A stretch of 64,000 nucleotides of DNA from Hypanus sabinus (GCF_030144855.1 NC_082718.1:6014001-6078000), one strand, 5' to 3'. Positions 39,401 through 52,840 are shown, counted from the first letter of the stretch. Translations and numbers: made by a program. Notes: generated from the sequence alone by a model not told the origin.

Positions 39401-40240
39401 TGATCCTTGTGGAAAGTGGAGGGTAGGAACAATGTGCTTGGTGGTGGGATCCTGCTGGAGATAGCGGAAGTCACGGAGAATTATGTGCTGGATGTGAAGG
39501 TTAGTGGGGTGGTTGGTGATAGATATACTTTATTGATCCCAAAGGAAATTAGTGTCACAGTAGCATTACAACTGCACAGGTATAAAAATATTAGAAAAGA
39601 AGTAAAAAAGAATTTAAAAAAAACAAAGTACCTCGAACAGTCCTACAGGAGAGGTGGGTCATCACTTCCCTGGCTATAGGTTGACTCATTATAGAGCCCA
39701 ATGGCCCAGGGTAAGAAGGAGCTCATACAGCACTCTTTGGAGCAGTGCAGTTGTCTTAGTCTATTACTGAAAGTGCTCCTCCGTGTTACTCACCCTCTGC
39801 ATGCCACCTTGGCTGATCATTGTCCAGAATTGCCAGGATTTTCGGTAGGGTCCTTTGTTCTAATACAGACTCCAGTGTGTCCAGTTTGACTCCTATATCA
39901 GAGCCAGTCTTTCTGATCAGTTTATTGAGTCTGTTGGCATCACCCAGCATAGCACTGAGTAGAAGATTGTACTGGCGACAATTCAGCCTGGTTGTCCTCT
40001 TGATGAACAGAGGAACCCAATCCATGGTGGGGTGGTGGGAGGATGGGGTAAGGGCAGACCTGTGTAAAATGGAAGATCTGCAGGTGAGGGCAGTGTTGAC
40101 GGTGGAGGAAGGGAAGCCTCTTTCTTTGAAGGAAAGTTGTCATCCTGAGAGCTGACACAGCAGAGCTGGAGGAACTGAGAGAAGGGGATGGCATTTTTAT
40201 GAGTGAGAGGGTAGGAATAGGTATAGCTGTGAGAATCCTC
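39400..40240 (-). mobile_element. Penelope-like element RT C-terminal fragment interrupted by a Rex fragment (~39520-39990)
   Basis: DSHSY..HKNAIPFSQFLQL resembles the PLE SHP..K.AIPFSQFLRLRRIC motif. Confidence 0.6.
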
Positions 40241-40902
40241 AATCTTACCGCAGCCTAACTTTCTACTGACTACTCTGTTCTTGACATGCCCCAGTACAGG
40301 CTGCATTTACTGTGTGGGTGCAAAATGATTCATTCAAGAAAATCTGGATAAGCACATGGGGGTGCAAGGATGAGATGAATAGAGGTGATTGGAGGCTTTT
40401 GTGGAAATACTGTTATAAACCTAGTGAGTCTCCGTGCCAAGTGTTGAAAGCACTGTTAGGCACATTTACAACAGTACAATGTTAAATTACAGAGAGGCAG
40501 AGTATCTAGAACAGAACAATTGAGCTCGATGTTCCTTTGATTGGCATAAGAAATTCCATTCTTCTCAGTGACCCTGGAAGGGTCTCGATCTGTAATACAG
40601 AAGTCGACCCCGGTCAAATAACTTGCTGCCAGTTTACCCAGTGAGGAATAGCTATTTGGAAGGATTATTGCATGATTTTCTCAAAGGTCTTAGACTGTGG
40701 ACTAAATCAGGAAACGGTAATCAGCTGCCACTAAGTCTGGCTTTGTTGGAATGAAGTGAGAATATGAAAAATAACAATAATAATAATTCTTGCAAATCTT
40801 TGCCCCAATGTATAATAAATACTTAACTGTAACAATGATGTAAAAAGCAGTGCTGTTGCAGGCAGTTGTTTGATGGACTTTTGCTCAAAGCTGTAACTAA
40901 TT

Positions 40903-41413
40903 TTTATTAGGTGACATAGAAGGGATAAAATCGAAACCCAAATTGAATAAATATAAGAAAGAATTTATAAAAATTGCATTGACAGTAGCCAAAAAGGCTA
41001 TTGCAGTTACTTGGAAATCGGATGCATACTTAAGTATAGATCATTGGAAGAACGAAATTTACAGCTGTATTCCACTTGAAAAAAATTACTTATAATTTAA
41101 GAGATAAATATGAAACATCTTTGAAAATTTGGCACTCTTATTTACAAAAGACAGGATTAAATGTATAGGTGCTCCAAAGATAAAATAATTAGTTTTTTGG
41201 GGAAATAAATAAATATATATATTAAAGTTATTACGAACTCCATGGAGCATGTGGGGATCTCCCGATATCCAGGCACTCTTTCTTTCTTTTTTTTTATAGG
41301 GATGTTAGGGGGGAGGGGTTAAGGGGAGGGGGGAAAGGTATATATATATTTTTTTTAAATATTTTTTTTCTTTCTGTAATTATTTGAAAACTCAATAAAA
41401 AAGTTTTTTTAAA
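40903..41413 (+). mobile_element. L1-clade LINE 3' end with 16-bp TSD
   Basis: IALTVAKKAIAVTWKS..IPLEK ORF2 tail; G-rich 3'UTR; AATAAA and A-tail; TSD AAAGCTGTAACTAATT at 40887 and 41414. Confidence 0.85.
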
Positions 41414-41549
41414 AAAGCTGTAACTAATTATTGCCAGATCACAAATGTAAGCAACTTTGCTTCACTTCATTCTGCTCTCCAGACGCTTCGTCTGCAGTTG
41501 TATGGTGGTTAGACAAAGTGTTTTTATTTAGTTAATTTTACTTATTTAG

Positions 41550-41810
41550 TGATACAGTGTAAAACAGGCTCTTCCGGCCCAGCTACCCACCTATATCACC
41601 CTCGCCTAATCACAGGACAACTTACTGTACAATGACCAATGAACCTACTAACCGGTACTTTGGACTGTGGGAGGAAACCAGAGCACCTGGAGAAAACCCA
41701 CCCATTCGTGGGGAGAATGTACAAACTCGTTACAGACAGTGTTGGAACTGGACTCCGGACACCCCAAGCTTCAGTAGCCTCGTGCTAACTGCTACACTGC
41801 AGTGGCATGA
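41550..41810 (-). mobile_element. V-SINE
   Basis: V-domain on the - strand. Confidence 0.7.
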
Positions 41811-42099
41811 AGTACAATGTTAAGGTAAAAATATACGTATCAGATAATCGCTGCTTAACAATATGAGGTATCAGTAGGATCACAAAACTTTTGCAAAAAC
41901 GACAGTTTAACCCCAAAATATCACTTTTTCCTCAACTCCCTCAATTTGGTGCTGATGCTATCAGTAACTACAGTAAGTATAACCAGGGTGTCTATCAGAA
42001 GAATTGTGTTACATCCAAGTCTAATCGGTTTACTGTGCATTGATCCCCATGTTCTTGAAGAATGATGATGTATCAGTCAGAAGCTAGATCTCAGGATAG

Positions 42100-42360
42100 G
42101 GGGCATGGTAGCATAGTGATTAGCACAACGCTTTACAATCCCAGCAACCCGGGTTCAATTCCTGCTGCTATTCTCCCCGTGACTATGTGGGTTTGCTGCA
42201 GTTTCCTCCCACAGTCCAAAGACGTAAGGGCTAGTAGGCGAATTGGTCATTGTAAGTTTTGCCGTGATTAGGCTAGGGTGAAATCTGCGGTAGCTGGGCA
42301 GTGCAGCTCAAGGGGCTGGAAGGGCCTACTCCCCCAGTATGTCAATAAATTAAAAATAAA
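42100..42360 (+). mobile_element. V-SINE
   Basis: A/B boxes and partial V-domain. Confidence 0.7.
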
Positions 42361-42989
42361 ATATTCAGAGAGAATAACAGTGTTAGGTCCCATTTGCAAC
42401 AGCTCAGATAATGAAGCACCTTTGTCCCATTGTGGAAACTATTTCCATAAGGATCAAGTCTAACCACTTCCTTTTGGCGTTCAATGAATCATTCCTACTG
42501 ATACCGTTAAACAGACTTGAATGGATAAGCACACAAATTCTGGGGCAAGACAGAGGCTGGGTTGCTTTGATTGCCCTCCAAAGCTTTCCCACCATCTACA
42601 AGGGACGGGGTCAGACTGACTGAGTCAATTAGAAAAGAGGTGATAGAGTCTGAGGAGAGGATATTGTAGGTGGTTAGAAAATGCAAGGACAAGAGCAGTT
42701 CTGATGATGTGGTCAAGTGGGATTATAAATCTAGGATATGTGACTTTATATGTGTGGGTGCTAAGTACAGTGTATTTTGCAGAGCATCTGATCTCAAATC
42801 ATCTTGAACCTCCTTGCCATTGGACCAAGATCTCATCCTGTTGAATTCATGTGTTACTGGTGCATAACAGCCAGCCCATGTTAACAGGAAGACTCACAAC
42901 TTTACCTTCCACTCCTCAAAAGCCATCCTCAAATCTGAAGGCCTGTGAAGAAGTTTAAGCAAATCCACGTGATTTGGATAAAAGTTATA

Positions 42990-43520
42990 ACCATTAGACC
43001 ATAAGATCCAGGAGCAGAAGTAGGCCATTCAGTCCATCGAGTCTGCTCTGCCATTCAATCATGGGAGGATCCAATTCTTCCAGTCATCCCCAATCCCCTG
43101 CCTTCTCCCCATACCCTTTGATGATCTGGCTAATCAAGAACACATCTATCTCTGTCTTACATGCACCCAATGACATGGCCTCCACAGTCACTCATGGCAA
43201 CAAATTCCACAGATTTACCACCCTCTGAGTAAGGTAATTTCTCTGCATCTCCATTCTAAAATGGACATCTTTCAATCCTGAAGTTGTGACCTTTTGTCCT
43301 AGACTCCCCTAGCATGGGAAATAATTTAGCCATATCTAATCCGTTCATGGATTTTAACGTTCAGAATGTTTCTATGAGATCCACTAAGAGCTGCCAGACG
43401 TTCCTCATATGGTAACCCTTTCATTCCTGAAATCATTCTCATGAATCTTCTCTGAACCGTCTCGAATGTCAATATACCCTTTCTAAAATAAGGAGACCAA
43501 AACTGCAACACAATGCTTAT
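42990..43520 (-). mobile_element. CR1 3' fragment
   Basis: QFWSPYFRK..VQRRFMRMISG. Confidence 0.8.
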
Positions 43521-43524
43521 GGAA

Positions 43525-45150
43525 TAAACACAACATTCTGCAGACATGCAAAATGCTGCAGGAACTCAACAGGTCAGGCAGTATCTATGGAAATGCATAA
43601 ACAGTCGACCTTTCAGGCTGAGACACTTCATTAGGACTGGAAAGGAAGGGGGAAGACGCCAAAATAAAATGGTGAGGGGAGGGGAAGGAGGCTAGTTGGA
43701 AGGTGATAGAGGGTGGATGTTTGCTGTTGTGTGCTGGGGTAGCAGACACCAACAGAATCAGCAAACTCATTCGTAAGGCCAGTGATGTTGTAGGGGTGGA
43801 ACTGGACTCTCTGACGGTGGTGTCTGAAAGGACGGTGCCATCCAATTTGCAAGTCATCTTGGACAATGTTTCCCATCCACTCCATAATATACTGGTTAGG
43901 CACAGGAGTACATTCAGCCAGAGACTCATTCCACCGAGATGTAATACTGAGCGTCATAGGAAGTCATTCCTGCCTGTGGCCATCAAACTTTACAACTCCT
44001 CCCTCGGAGTGTCAGACACCCCGAGCCAATAAGCTGGTCCTGGACTTATTTCCACTTGACATAATTTACCTATTATTTAATTATTTATGGTTTTATATTG
44101 CTATATTTCTACACTATTCTTGGTTGATGCGACTGTAACGAAACCCAATTTCCCTCGGGATCAATAAAGTATGTCTGTCTGAAAGGTCAAGGGCTGGAGA
44201 ACAAAGAATCTGATAGAAGAGGAGAGTGGACCATAAATGAAAGGGAAGGAGGAGGGGACCCAGGGGGATGTAATAGGCAGATAAGAAGGGAAAGGTCAGA
44301 CTGGGGAATAGAGGAAGGGAGTGGAATTTGTTTACCAGAAGGAGAAGTTGATATTCATGCCATCAGGTTGCAGTGTACCCAGTCGGAATGAAAGGAGTCA
44401 CTTCTCCACCCTGAGAGTGGCCTCATCCTGGCACAAGAGGAGGCCGTGGACCAACGCATCGGAACAGGAATGGGAATTGGAATTAAAATGCTTGGCTACC
44501 AGGAAGTTCTGCTTTTGGTGGTTGGAGCAGAGGTGCTCAACTAAGCAGTCAGTTCACGATGGGTCTCAGCAATGTAGAGGAGGCCACATCAGAAATGCCA
44601 GACACCGTAAGGCACAGGAGCAGAATTCGAGTCTGCTCCACCATTCAACCATGGCTGATCCTTTTTTTCAATCTCCTCCTCAACCCCAGTTCCCGGCCTT
44701 CTCCCCGTTACCTTTGATGCCATGTCCAATCCAGAACCTATCAATCTCTCCCTTAAATACACCCAACGACCTGGCCTCCACAGCTGCATGTAGCAACAAA
44801 TTCACCATCCTTTGGCTTAAGAAATTTCTCCGCATCTCTGTTTTGAAAGGGCTGTGCCCTCTTGTCCTAGACTCTCCCACCATGGGAAGCATCCTTTCCA
44901 CATTTGCTCATCTACACAATAGACGATCGCAGCAGATTTGCAGGTGAAACGTTGCTTCACCTGGAGGGTCTGTTTGGGGCCCTGAACGGAGGTGAGGGAG
45001 AAGGTGAATGGGCAGGTGTAGTGCTTAGGCTGCTTGCAGGGGTAAGTGCCGGGATGGAGATTTGGGTAGAGGAGGCGAATGGAAAAGGGAATTGTGGAGG
45101 GAGCAATCCCTGCAGAAAGGGGAGGTAAAGATATATTTCTTGGTAGGTAT
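43525..45150 (-). mobile_element. Penelope-like element 3' part (GIY-YIG endonuclease, 3'UTR, terminal repeat) with nested Rex (~43720-44180, +) and CR1 (~44600-44900, -)
   Basis: - strand peptides QGPKQTLQVKQRFTCKSAAIVYC and VAKHFNS..FRLGTLQPDGMNINFS; terminal segment matches the hammerhead-bearing repeat. Confidence 0.75.
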
Positions 45151-45906
45151 GGAAATTATCTGGTGTTGCACAACTCAATCCTGACTTACTGTTTCATCAG
45201 AATTTACTGGAGATGTGGCCTGTTGACCTCCAATTGGGCTGCCAAGCTCTGACCCGCAGACTCTCATTCCATCAGCTGCACTGCTGTAATTTACATAACC
45301 TTAACAACCAGTTTATGCACAGCAAACGTAAACATTCAATTAAAAATCTGGTGGATTTTTGAGTAAGATCCTTGGAAAATCCAGGGCTTTCTAAAAGCAC
45401 AGCCAAATATTTAATGCAGACAGAATTACACAGAACATGCAAAGGTTATTTAGCGAGCCTACTCTTCCTGTTGGTTGTGGTTCTTTTGAACTTCTTCCCT
45501 CATGCCTTCTTCCTGTATATGTTCATCTACATTTCCTAAAATTACAACAATGTCATTTGCTTCAACAGCTCCATCAGTAAACTCCACATTCTCAAAACCC
45601 CTACATCATATTCTGTTTGGATAATTTTTCTTCCAAATTCCTGATAAAAATATAAATTAAAGAGTCACAGTTCTCGCTGTACTTCCTAAATCCATACATT
45701 CCCAAAACAATTTACGAAGTTAGAAGTTTGGTCACCTTTTATTCAAGGAAGTGGTGCAGCCAGTTGCACAATTCAAGGGCCCGAAAGCAACAATATGATT
45801 GTGCCTCATAATCTGATTTTAGAGGCAGGGTCAGGACTAGAAGCAATTCCCCTGAATTTCTTCAGACTGTGGCCATGGGATCTTCATGTGGCAAGTGGGG
45901 CCTGTG

Positions 45907-48900
45907 TAATGCACCATCAATAACTCTGAGATGTGGGTTAAGGTAGGCTTTTATTGGCTGGAAGAAAGCACAAGCAGCAAGTGACCACCACACAACATCC
46001 TGGAGACTGAGGCCGGGGCTCAGTCCTCAATCGCCTTTATACTGGGGTCCGTGGGAAGAGACACAGGAGCAGTCAGCAGGGGAGTGTCCAGACAGGTATA
46101 TGTAGTTCACCACATTCACCACCCCCCTTTGTTTTAAAAGAGAGTCCCCGGGGAGGAAGTTTTTCACAAGTATATTTACAGGTTAAGTCTATCAGGTGGT
46201 CGAATCTGTCGCTGCGATCTACGTAGCTCCGGCTGTGATTGCACCGGTGCCGGTGATGATTACACTGGAGTCGGTGGTTGTGCTGGTTCCGGCCTGACTG
46301 GAGGTGTCAGCCCACTAGGCGTCAGTGATCCCTCATGCGTGTGCGAGGCGCCTGGTATATGCACGTGCAAGGCGCCCGGTATGGAAGTGTCATGAGGAGT
46401 CTGTGTAGGGCTTGGTGTGCGCGGTGTCACCACGGGTACAGGGTTCATAGTTACCGTGGAGTGTTTGGGGTAGTGGTCTGCTGCTCCTGTGGGTGCCAGG
46501 TCGCGGATGGAGACCATGTCCTCCTGCCCATCAGGTAAGACCACATAGGCATACTGAGGGTTCGCATGTAGTAGGTGAGCCCTCTCGACCAGCGGGGAGT
46601 ATTTATTGCTCCTCACATGTTTCCGGAGCAGCACTGGCCCTGGGGATGTCAGCAAAGCCGGTAGGGTGGTCCCAGTGGCAGACTTCCTGGGAAAAGAAAA
46701 GAGTCGCTCGTAAGGGGTGGCATTGGTGGACGTACATAACAGAGAGCGGATAGAGTGGAGTGCCTCGGGGAGGACCTCCTGCCATCGAGAGACCGGCAAC
46801 CCCTTTGACTTAAGGGCTAAAAGTGTGGCCTTCCACACTGTGGCATTCTCCCTCTCCACCTGTCCATTCCCCCGGGGATTATAGCTCGTTCTTCTACTAG
46901 TAGCAATACCACTAGCCAGCAGGTACTGGTGCAGCTCGTCACTCATAAAGGAGGACCCTCTATCTATAGCAGGGATATCCAAACAGAGTGAACAGCTGAT
47001 GCAGGGCTTTTATGATGGACGTGGCAGTGGTGTTGGGGCAGGGGATGGCAAAGGGGAACTGCGAGTACTCGTCAATAATGTTGAGAAAGTAGACATTGCG
47101 GTTGGTGGAGGGAAGGGGGCCCTTAAAGTCAACACTCAGTCGCTCAAAGGGGCGGGTGGCCTTGATAAGTTGCGCCTTTTCAGGATGGTAGAAGTGCGGT
47201 TTGCACTCAGCGCAGACTTGGCAGACCCTGGTCATCATCCTGATGTCCTCAAAGGAGTACGGCAGGTTCCGGGCTTTCACGAAATGGTAAAATCGGGTGA
47301 CCCCTGGGTGGCAAATATCTGCATGGAGGGTGTATAGCTGGTCCAGCTGTGCACTGGCACATGTTCCCCGGGATAGGGCATCAGGGGGCTCATTGAGCCT
47401 TCCAGGCCGGTACAGGATATCATAGTTGTAGGTGGAGAGTTCTATTCTCCACCGCAAAATCTTATCATTTTTGATTTTGCCCCGCTGTTGGTTGCTGAAC
47501 ATGAACGCAACCAAGCGCTGGTCGGTCAGCAAGGTGAACCTTTTGCCGGCGAGATAGTGCCTCCAGTGCCTAATAGCTTCCACTATGGCCTGGGCTTCTT
47601 TCTCCACCGCGGAGTGCCGAATTTCAGGGCCTTGAAGGGTACAAGAAAAGAATGCTACTGGCCTGCCTGCCTGATTGAGGGTAACAGCCAGCGTGAAATC
47701 AGAGGCGTCACTCTCTACTTGGAAGGGAATGGTCTTGTTCACCACTTGCATCGTTGCTTTGGCAATGTCCCCTTTAATGCAGCTGAAGGCCGCGCAGGCC
47801 TTGGCAGAGAGGGGAAAAGTGGTAGACTTGACCAGGGGGCGGGCCTTGTCTGCGTAATGGGGGACCCATTAGGCTTAATAGGAAAAGAAGCCCAGGCACC
47901 GTCTGAGGGCTTTGAGGGTGGTAGGAAGAGGGAGTTCTAACAGGGGGCGCATATGGTTGGGATCAGGGCCAATGACCCCGTTCTCCATGACATACCCAAG
48001 GATAGCGAGTCAGGTGGTTCCGAACACACACTTGTCCCTGTTATAAGTAAGGTTCAGGGCTTCGGCCACTTGGAGAAATCGTTGGAGGTTGGCGTTGTGA
48101 TCCGGCCAGTCGTGACCACAGATGGTGATATTATCCAGGTAGGGAAATGTGGCCTTCAGTTGGCACTGGTCCACCATCCGGTCCATTTCCCTCTGGAAGA
48201 CAGAGACACCACTTGAAGGGGACGCACAGGAAGTGATAGACCCTGCCACCCGCCTCGAAGGCAGTGTAGGGGCGGTCCTCCAGGCGGATGGGGAGCTGAT
48301 GATAAGTGGATTTCAGGTCAATGGTTGAGTATACCTTGTACTGAGCTATCTGGTTGACCATATCCGCGATGCGGGGGTACGCCTCAAGCTGCGTGAACCT
48401 ATTGATGGTTTGACTATAGTCCACGACCATCCTATCTTTCTGCCCAGTCCGAACAACCACCTGGGCCCTCCAAGGACTTGTGCTTGGCTCAAAGATCCCC
48501 TCCCTGAGCAGCCGCTGCACCTCTGACTGAATGAAGGCCCTGTCCCCCGCGCTGTACCTCCTGCTTTTAGTTGCCACAGGTTTACAGTTGGGGGTCAGGT
48601 TGGCGAACAGCGATGGGGGAGGGATCTTGAGGGTGGAGAGACTGCAAGTGGTGTTGGTAGTGCAGCTGTCGGCATGGTGCTGGGTGGGACGTGTGGTTCG
48701 GTGTGTGTGTGTGGTCAGTAGTGGGGTTTATGGCGAGGTCCCACAAAACTGAGGATTCCTGACAGTGAGTGGTGGGAGGGGCCCGTCATATGCCATAGTC
48801 ACACTTTCGAGATGGCTCTGGAAGTCCAGCCCCAATAACACAGGCGCGCACAGTTGAGGCATGACCAGTAGCGCAAAGTCCTGATATTCTGTGCCCTGCA

Positions 48901-50330
48901 CCCCCAATGTTGCTACACAACCCCCCCGGATGTCTGTGGAATGCGACCCGGAAGCCATGGTGACCCTCTGGCTTACTGGCCGTGTCACGAGTCCGCAGCT
49001 TTGCACCGTGTCCGGGTCAATAAAACTCTCAGTGCTGCCCGTGTCAAACAGGCAGCTAGTCCTGTGCCGCTCCACCAGGGTGTCCATCATTGACCTTGCA
49101 AGCTGGTGTGGGGCGCTTTGGTGGAGGGTTACGGAGGCCAGAGTTGAACTGCTGTCTTGGTGCCCGGTAAACATCTGTGGGTCGGAGGCGGGGCGAGGTG
49201 GCGCTGACAAAGATGGCCGCCCCCATGCCTCGCACGAGGCGGGCAGGCAAAATGGCGACCCCCATGCCTTGCATGAGGTGCTGCTCGACCCCACTCGTGG
49301 TTCAGACTTACAGACCCTGGCGAAATGGCCCTTCTTTCCACAGCTGGAGCAGTAGCTTCTCGGGCCGGGCAGCGTTTTCGGGGGTGCTTTTTGAGTCCGC
49401 AGAAGTAACACTGTGTGGACTTGCGACTGGCAGCAGCTGTGGTTGGTTTCGGGGAGTTTGTGGACTCGCGAGTGGCAGCAGCGGTGGTGGATTCGCTCGC
49501 GGGTGGCGGGGTCTGCAGCATTCACGGAACCGACAGGGGATCATGTGGCTGGACAGCGTCAGCGTTGTGCAGAGCAGCCTCCAGCATGTCGGCCATCTCA
49601 ATCGCCGAGCGTAAGGTAAGATCGGCATTTTCCAGCAGCCGCTGGCGCATGTACACTGACCTGATCCCTGTAATGAAGGCGTCTCGTACCAGGAGCTCTG
49701 CATGCTGCTCCGCCGTCAGTCCCCTGCAGTCACAGGCCCGCACGAGTGTCTGTAGGGCCCGGACAAACTCCCTGCTCGACTCGCCTGTTCGCTGCCACCT
49801 CGTCGCTAAGCGATGTCTTGCGTAGACGTTCACCGGCCGCAGGTACTGTCTTTTGAGGATGTCCAATGCCCCTTGGCAGGTTGGCAGCTCCCTGATAAGG
49901 GCGTAAACTTTTGGGGTGACCCTCAAAAGGAGGATTCTGTGCATAATAGCGGGCTCAGTCACGGGAATCTGTTCCAAGTATGATTGGAAGCATGCAAGCC
50001 AGAGTTCAAAGGCAAGAGCTGCTTCTGAGTCTTGAGGGTCAATGTCCAATTTTTCCGGACGTAAAATGCTTTCCATGTTTTAAAACTTCCAGCCAATAAG
50101 ATTGATGCACCATCAATAAACTCTGAGATGTGGGTTAACGTGGGCTTTTATTGGCTGGAAGAAAGCACAAGCAGCAAGTGACCATCACACAACATCCTGG
50201 AGACTGAGGAAGGGTCTGTGGCTCCAATTGTCTTTATACTGGGGTCTGTGGGAGGAGCCACAGGAGCAGTCAGCGGGGCGGGGGGCGGGGGCGTGTCCAG
50301 ACAGGTATATCTAGTATCTAGTTCACCACA
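45907..50330 (-). mobile_element. Near full-length Gypsy/Ty3 LTR retrotransposon (probably Mag-like), ~4.4 kb
   Basis: LTRs 50103-50330 and 45907-46114; PPT AAAGGGGGGTGGTGAA; 5-bp TSD CTGTG/CTGGG; order gag-PR-RT-RH-IN. Confidence 0.95.
46176..50076 (-). pseudogene. Disrupted gag-pol of the Gypsy element
   Basis: Gag MESILRPEKLD; CCHC knuckle CSSCGKKGHFARVC; protease LFDTGS; RT YLDN; RNase H ESDASD; integrase HHCC and DFKGP; several frameshifts and stops. Confidence 0.9.
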
Positions 50331-51350
50331 CTGGGGTAACGTCCTTTGTGAAAGGCAGCACTGTAAGTGGTGCAGCAAAGAAGCGTCAGCCTAGATTTTG
50401 TCCTTGCTTCTGAGAGGGGAAGGTTTGTGGCTTAAATACCATCTACATTTGGAGATGTAGAAATTGATTGGTCTCATGAGACAGGGAAGGTTTCCCTGAG
50501 GAAAATAATTGTAATGTCCCATGATTTCACTTTACTGCTTATTCTAGATCTTTATTATCTCAGTTTAATGTCACAGGCACATGTCGTTATATTTGTTAAC
50601 TTTGTGGCAGCAGTACGATGCGATACATGATAATAGAGAAAGAGAAACCCGTGAATCACAGCCTGTCAGTCTTTGCTCGTGGTTTTTTGATTCCATTGTA
50701 TTTCTTTGTTCCATGGTGAATGCCTGCAAGGAAATGAATCTAGTGACATATACTGTATGTATTTAAACAATAAATTTGCTTTGAACTTTGAAGGCAATTG
50801 GCCCAGCCTGCTCAGTGTGTACTATTTATCAGAGATTGGATATAAACAATATAGCTGCCCAATTGAACATAATTTGGTTTTATTAACCCTGTATTTTCCT
50901 TTGCAGATTGTTTATTTCCCTTACCTTGTCCGAGGCCTATCAAACCCAGTGTAACCACTCTTACTAAACGTAGTCATGCAACATGAAGCACCTAGAATTC
51001 CACTGTCCCAACCTCCAAAAGTGAGGCTCTCCTCACTTGGTCAAAATATTCCTCAATTTATGTTGCTTAACACATCCTCGGACCTCTTTGTGCTTAGACT
51101 CAATGACTTGTGATTCCAATCACAAACAAGAGAAAATCTGCAGTTGCTGGAAATCCGAGCAACACACACAAAATGCCGGAGGAACTCAGCAGGCCAGGCA
51201 GCATCTATGGAAAAGAGTAAACAGTCAACATTCCTGGCCGAGACACTTCATCACGACTTTCCTCTGCTTTTGCAGCGGGAGGGAGTGAACCGGGGAGGAA
51301 CACAGGACAGTCAGTTCCTACAGGAGATAAATCTGAATTCTGCCTCAAAC

Positions 51351-52840
51351 TAGAAAACCACAGAACACTACAGCACACTACAGGCCCTTCAGCCCTTCAT
51401 GTTGTGCCAACCCATATAATCCTTTAAAAAAGAGTACTAAACCCACACTACCCCATAACCCTCCATTTTTCTTTCATCCATGTGCCTGTCCAAGAAGCTC
51501 TTAAATACCCCTAATGTTTTAGCCTCCACCACCATCCCTGGCAAGTCATTCCAGGCACTCACAACCCTCTGTGTAAAAAAACTTACCCCTAATGTCTCCC
51601 CTAAATTTCCCTCCCTTAATTTTGTACATATGCCCTCTGGTGTTTGCTATTGGTGCCCTGGGAAACAGGTACTGACTATCTACCCTATCTATGCCTCTCA
51701 TAATCTTGTAGACCTCTATCAAGTCCCCTCTCATTCTTCTATGCTCCAAAGAGAAAAGTCCCAGCTCTGCTAACCTTGCTTCATATGACTTGTTCTCCAA
51801 ACCAGGTAACATCCTGGTAAATCTCCTCTGCACCCTCTCCATAGCTTCCACATCCTCCCTATAATGAGGTGACCAAAATTGAACACAATACTCTAAGTGC
51901 GGTCTCACCAGAGATTTGTAGAGTTGCAACATGACCTCACTACTCTTGAACTCAATCTCCCTGTTAATGAAGCCCAGCATCCCATAAGCCTTCTTAACTA
52001 CCCTACCAACCTGCGCAGCGACCTTGAGGGATGTATGGATTTGAATCCCAAGGTCCCTTTGTTCATCCACACTCTTAAGTAACTGACCATTAATCCTGTA
52101 CTCAGTCTTCTGGTTTGTCCTTCCAAAATACATCACCTCACATTTGTCCAGATTGAACTCCATTTTTCTGCCCAACTCTGCAGCCTGTCTATATTCTCTT
52201 GTAACCTTCGACAACCTACAGCTTCATTCACAACTCCTCCAATTTTTGTGTCATCTGCAAACTTACTCACCCATCCTTCTGCCTCTACATCCAGGTCATT
52301 TATGAAAATCACAAATAGCAGGGGTCCCAGGACAGATCCCTGCGGCACTCCACTAGTCACTGACCTCCAGGCAGAATACTTTCCTTCCACAACTACCCTC
52401 TGCTTTCTTCCTTTAAGCCAATTTTTTATCCAAACAGCCAAGGTTCCACTTATCCCATGCCTCATGACTTTCTGAATGAGTCTCTCATGAGGGACTTTGC
52501 TAAAGTCCATGTAGACCACATCCACTGCCCTACCCTCATCAATTTCTTTTGTTAACTCTTCAAAAAACTCAATCAGGCTCGTGAGGCACAATCTTCCCTT
52601 CACAAAGCCATGTTGACTATCCATGAGTAGACTGTACTTCTCCAAATGCTCGTAGATCCTATCCTTAAGAAGCCTTTCCAGTAGTTTGCATTCCACCGAC
52701 GTAAAACTCACCTGTCTATAGTTCCCAGGTTTCTCCCTATTACCTTTTTTAAACAAGGAAACTAAATTTGCCATTCTCCCATCCTCCGGCACTTCCCCTG
52801 CAGCCAAAGAGGATTCAAAGATCATAGCTAATGCTCCTCC
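51351..52840 (-). mobile_element. CR1 LINE 5'-truncated copy, relatively well preserved
   Basis: Two long ORF2 pieces (257 aa and 222 aa) with RT motifs [10 protein letters not shown] and KFADDTK. Confidence 0.93.

Larger units (their letters stand above)
45770..50420 (+). mobile_element. Old Deu-domain-like SINE split by the Gypsy insertion (pieces 45770-45906 and 50331-50420)
   Basis: GCCATGGGATCTT..GGGGCCT | TAACGTC..GAAAGGCAGCAC..GTCAGCCTAGATTTTG reads continuously across the insertion. Confidence 0.5.

Noticed and set aside
45905-45906. Alternative LTR end at 45905 (TGTAAT)
   Set aside because: An end at 45907 aligns with the other LTR (TGATGC versus TAATGC) and gives a 5-bp TSD consistent with the interrupted SINE
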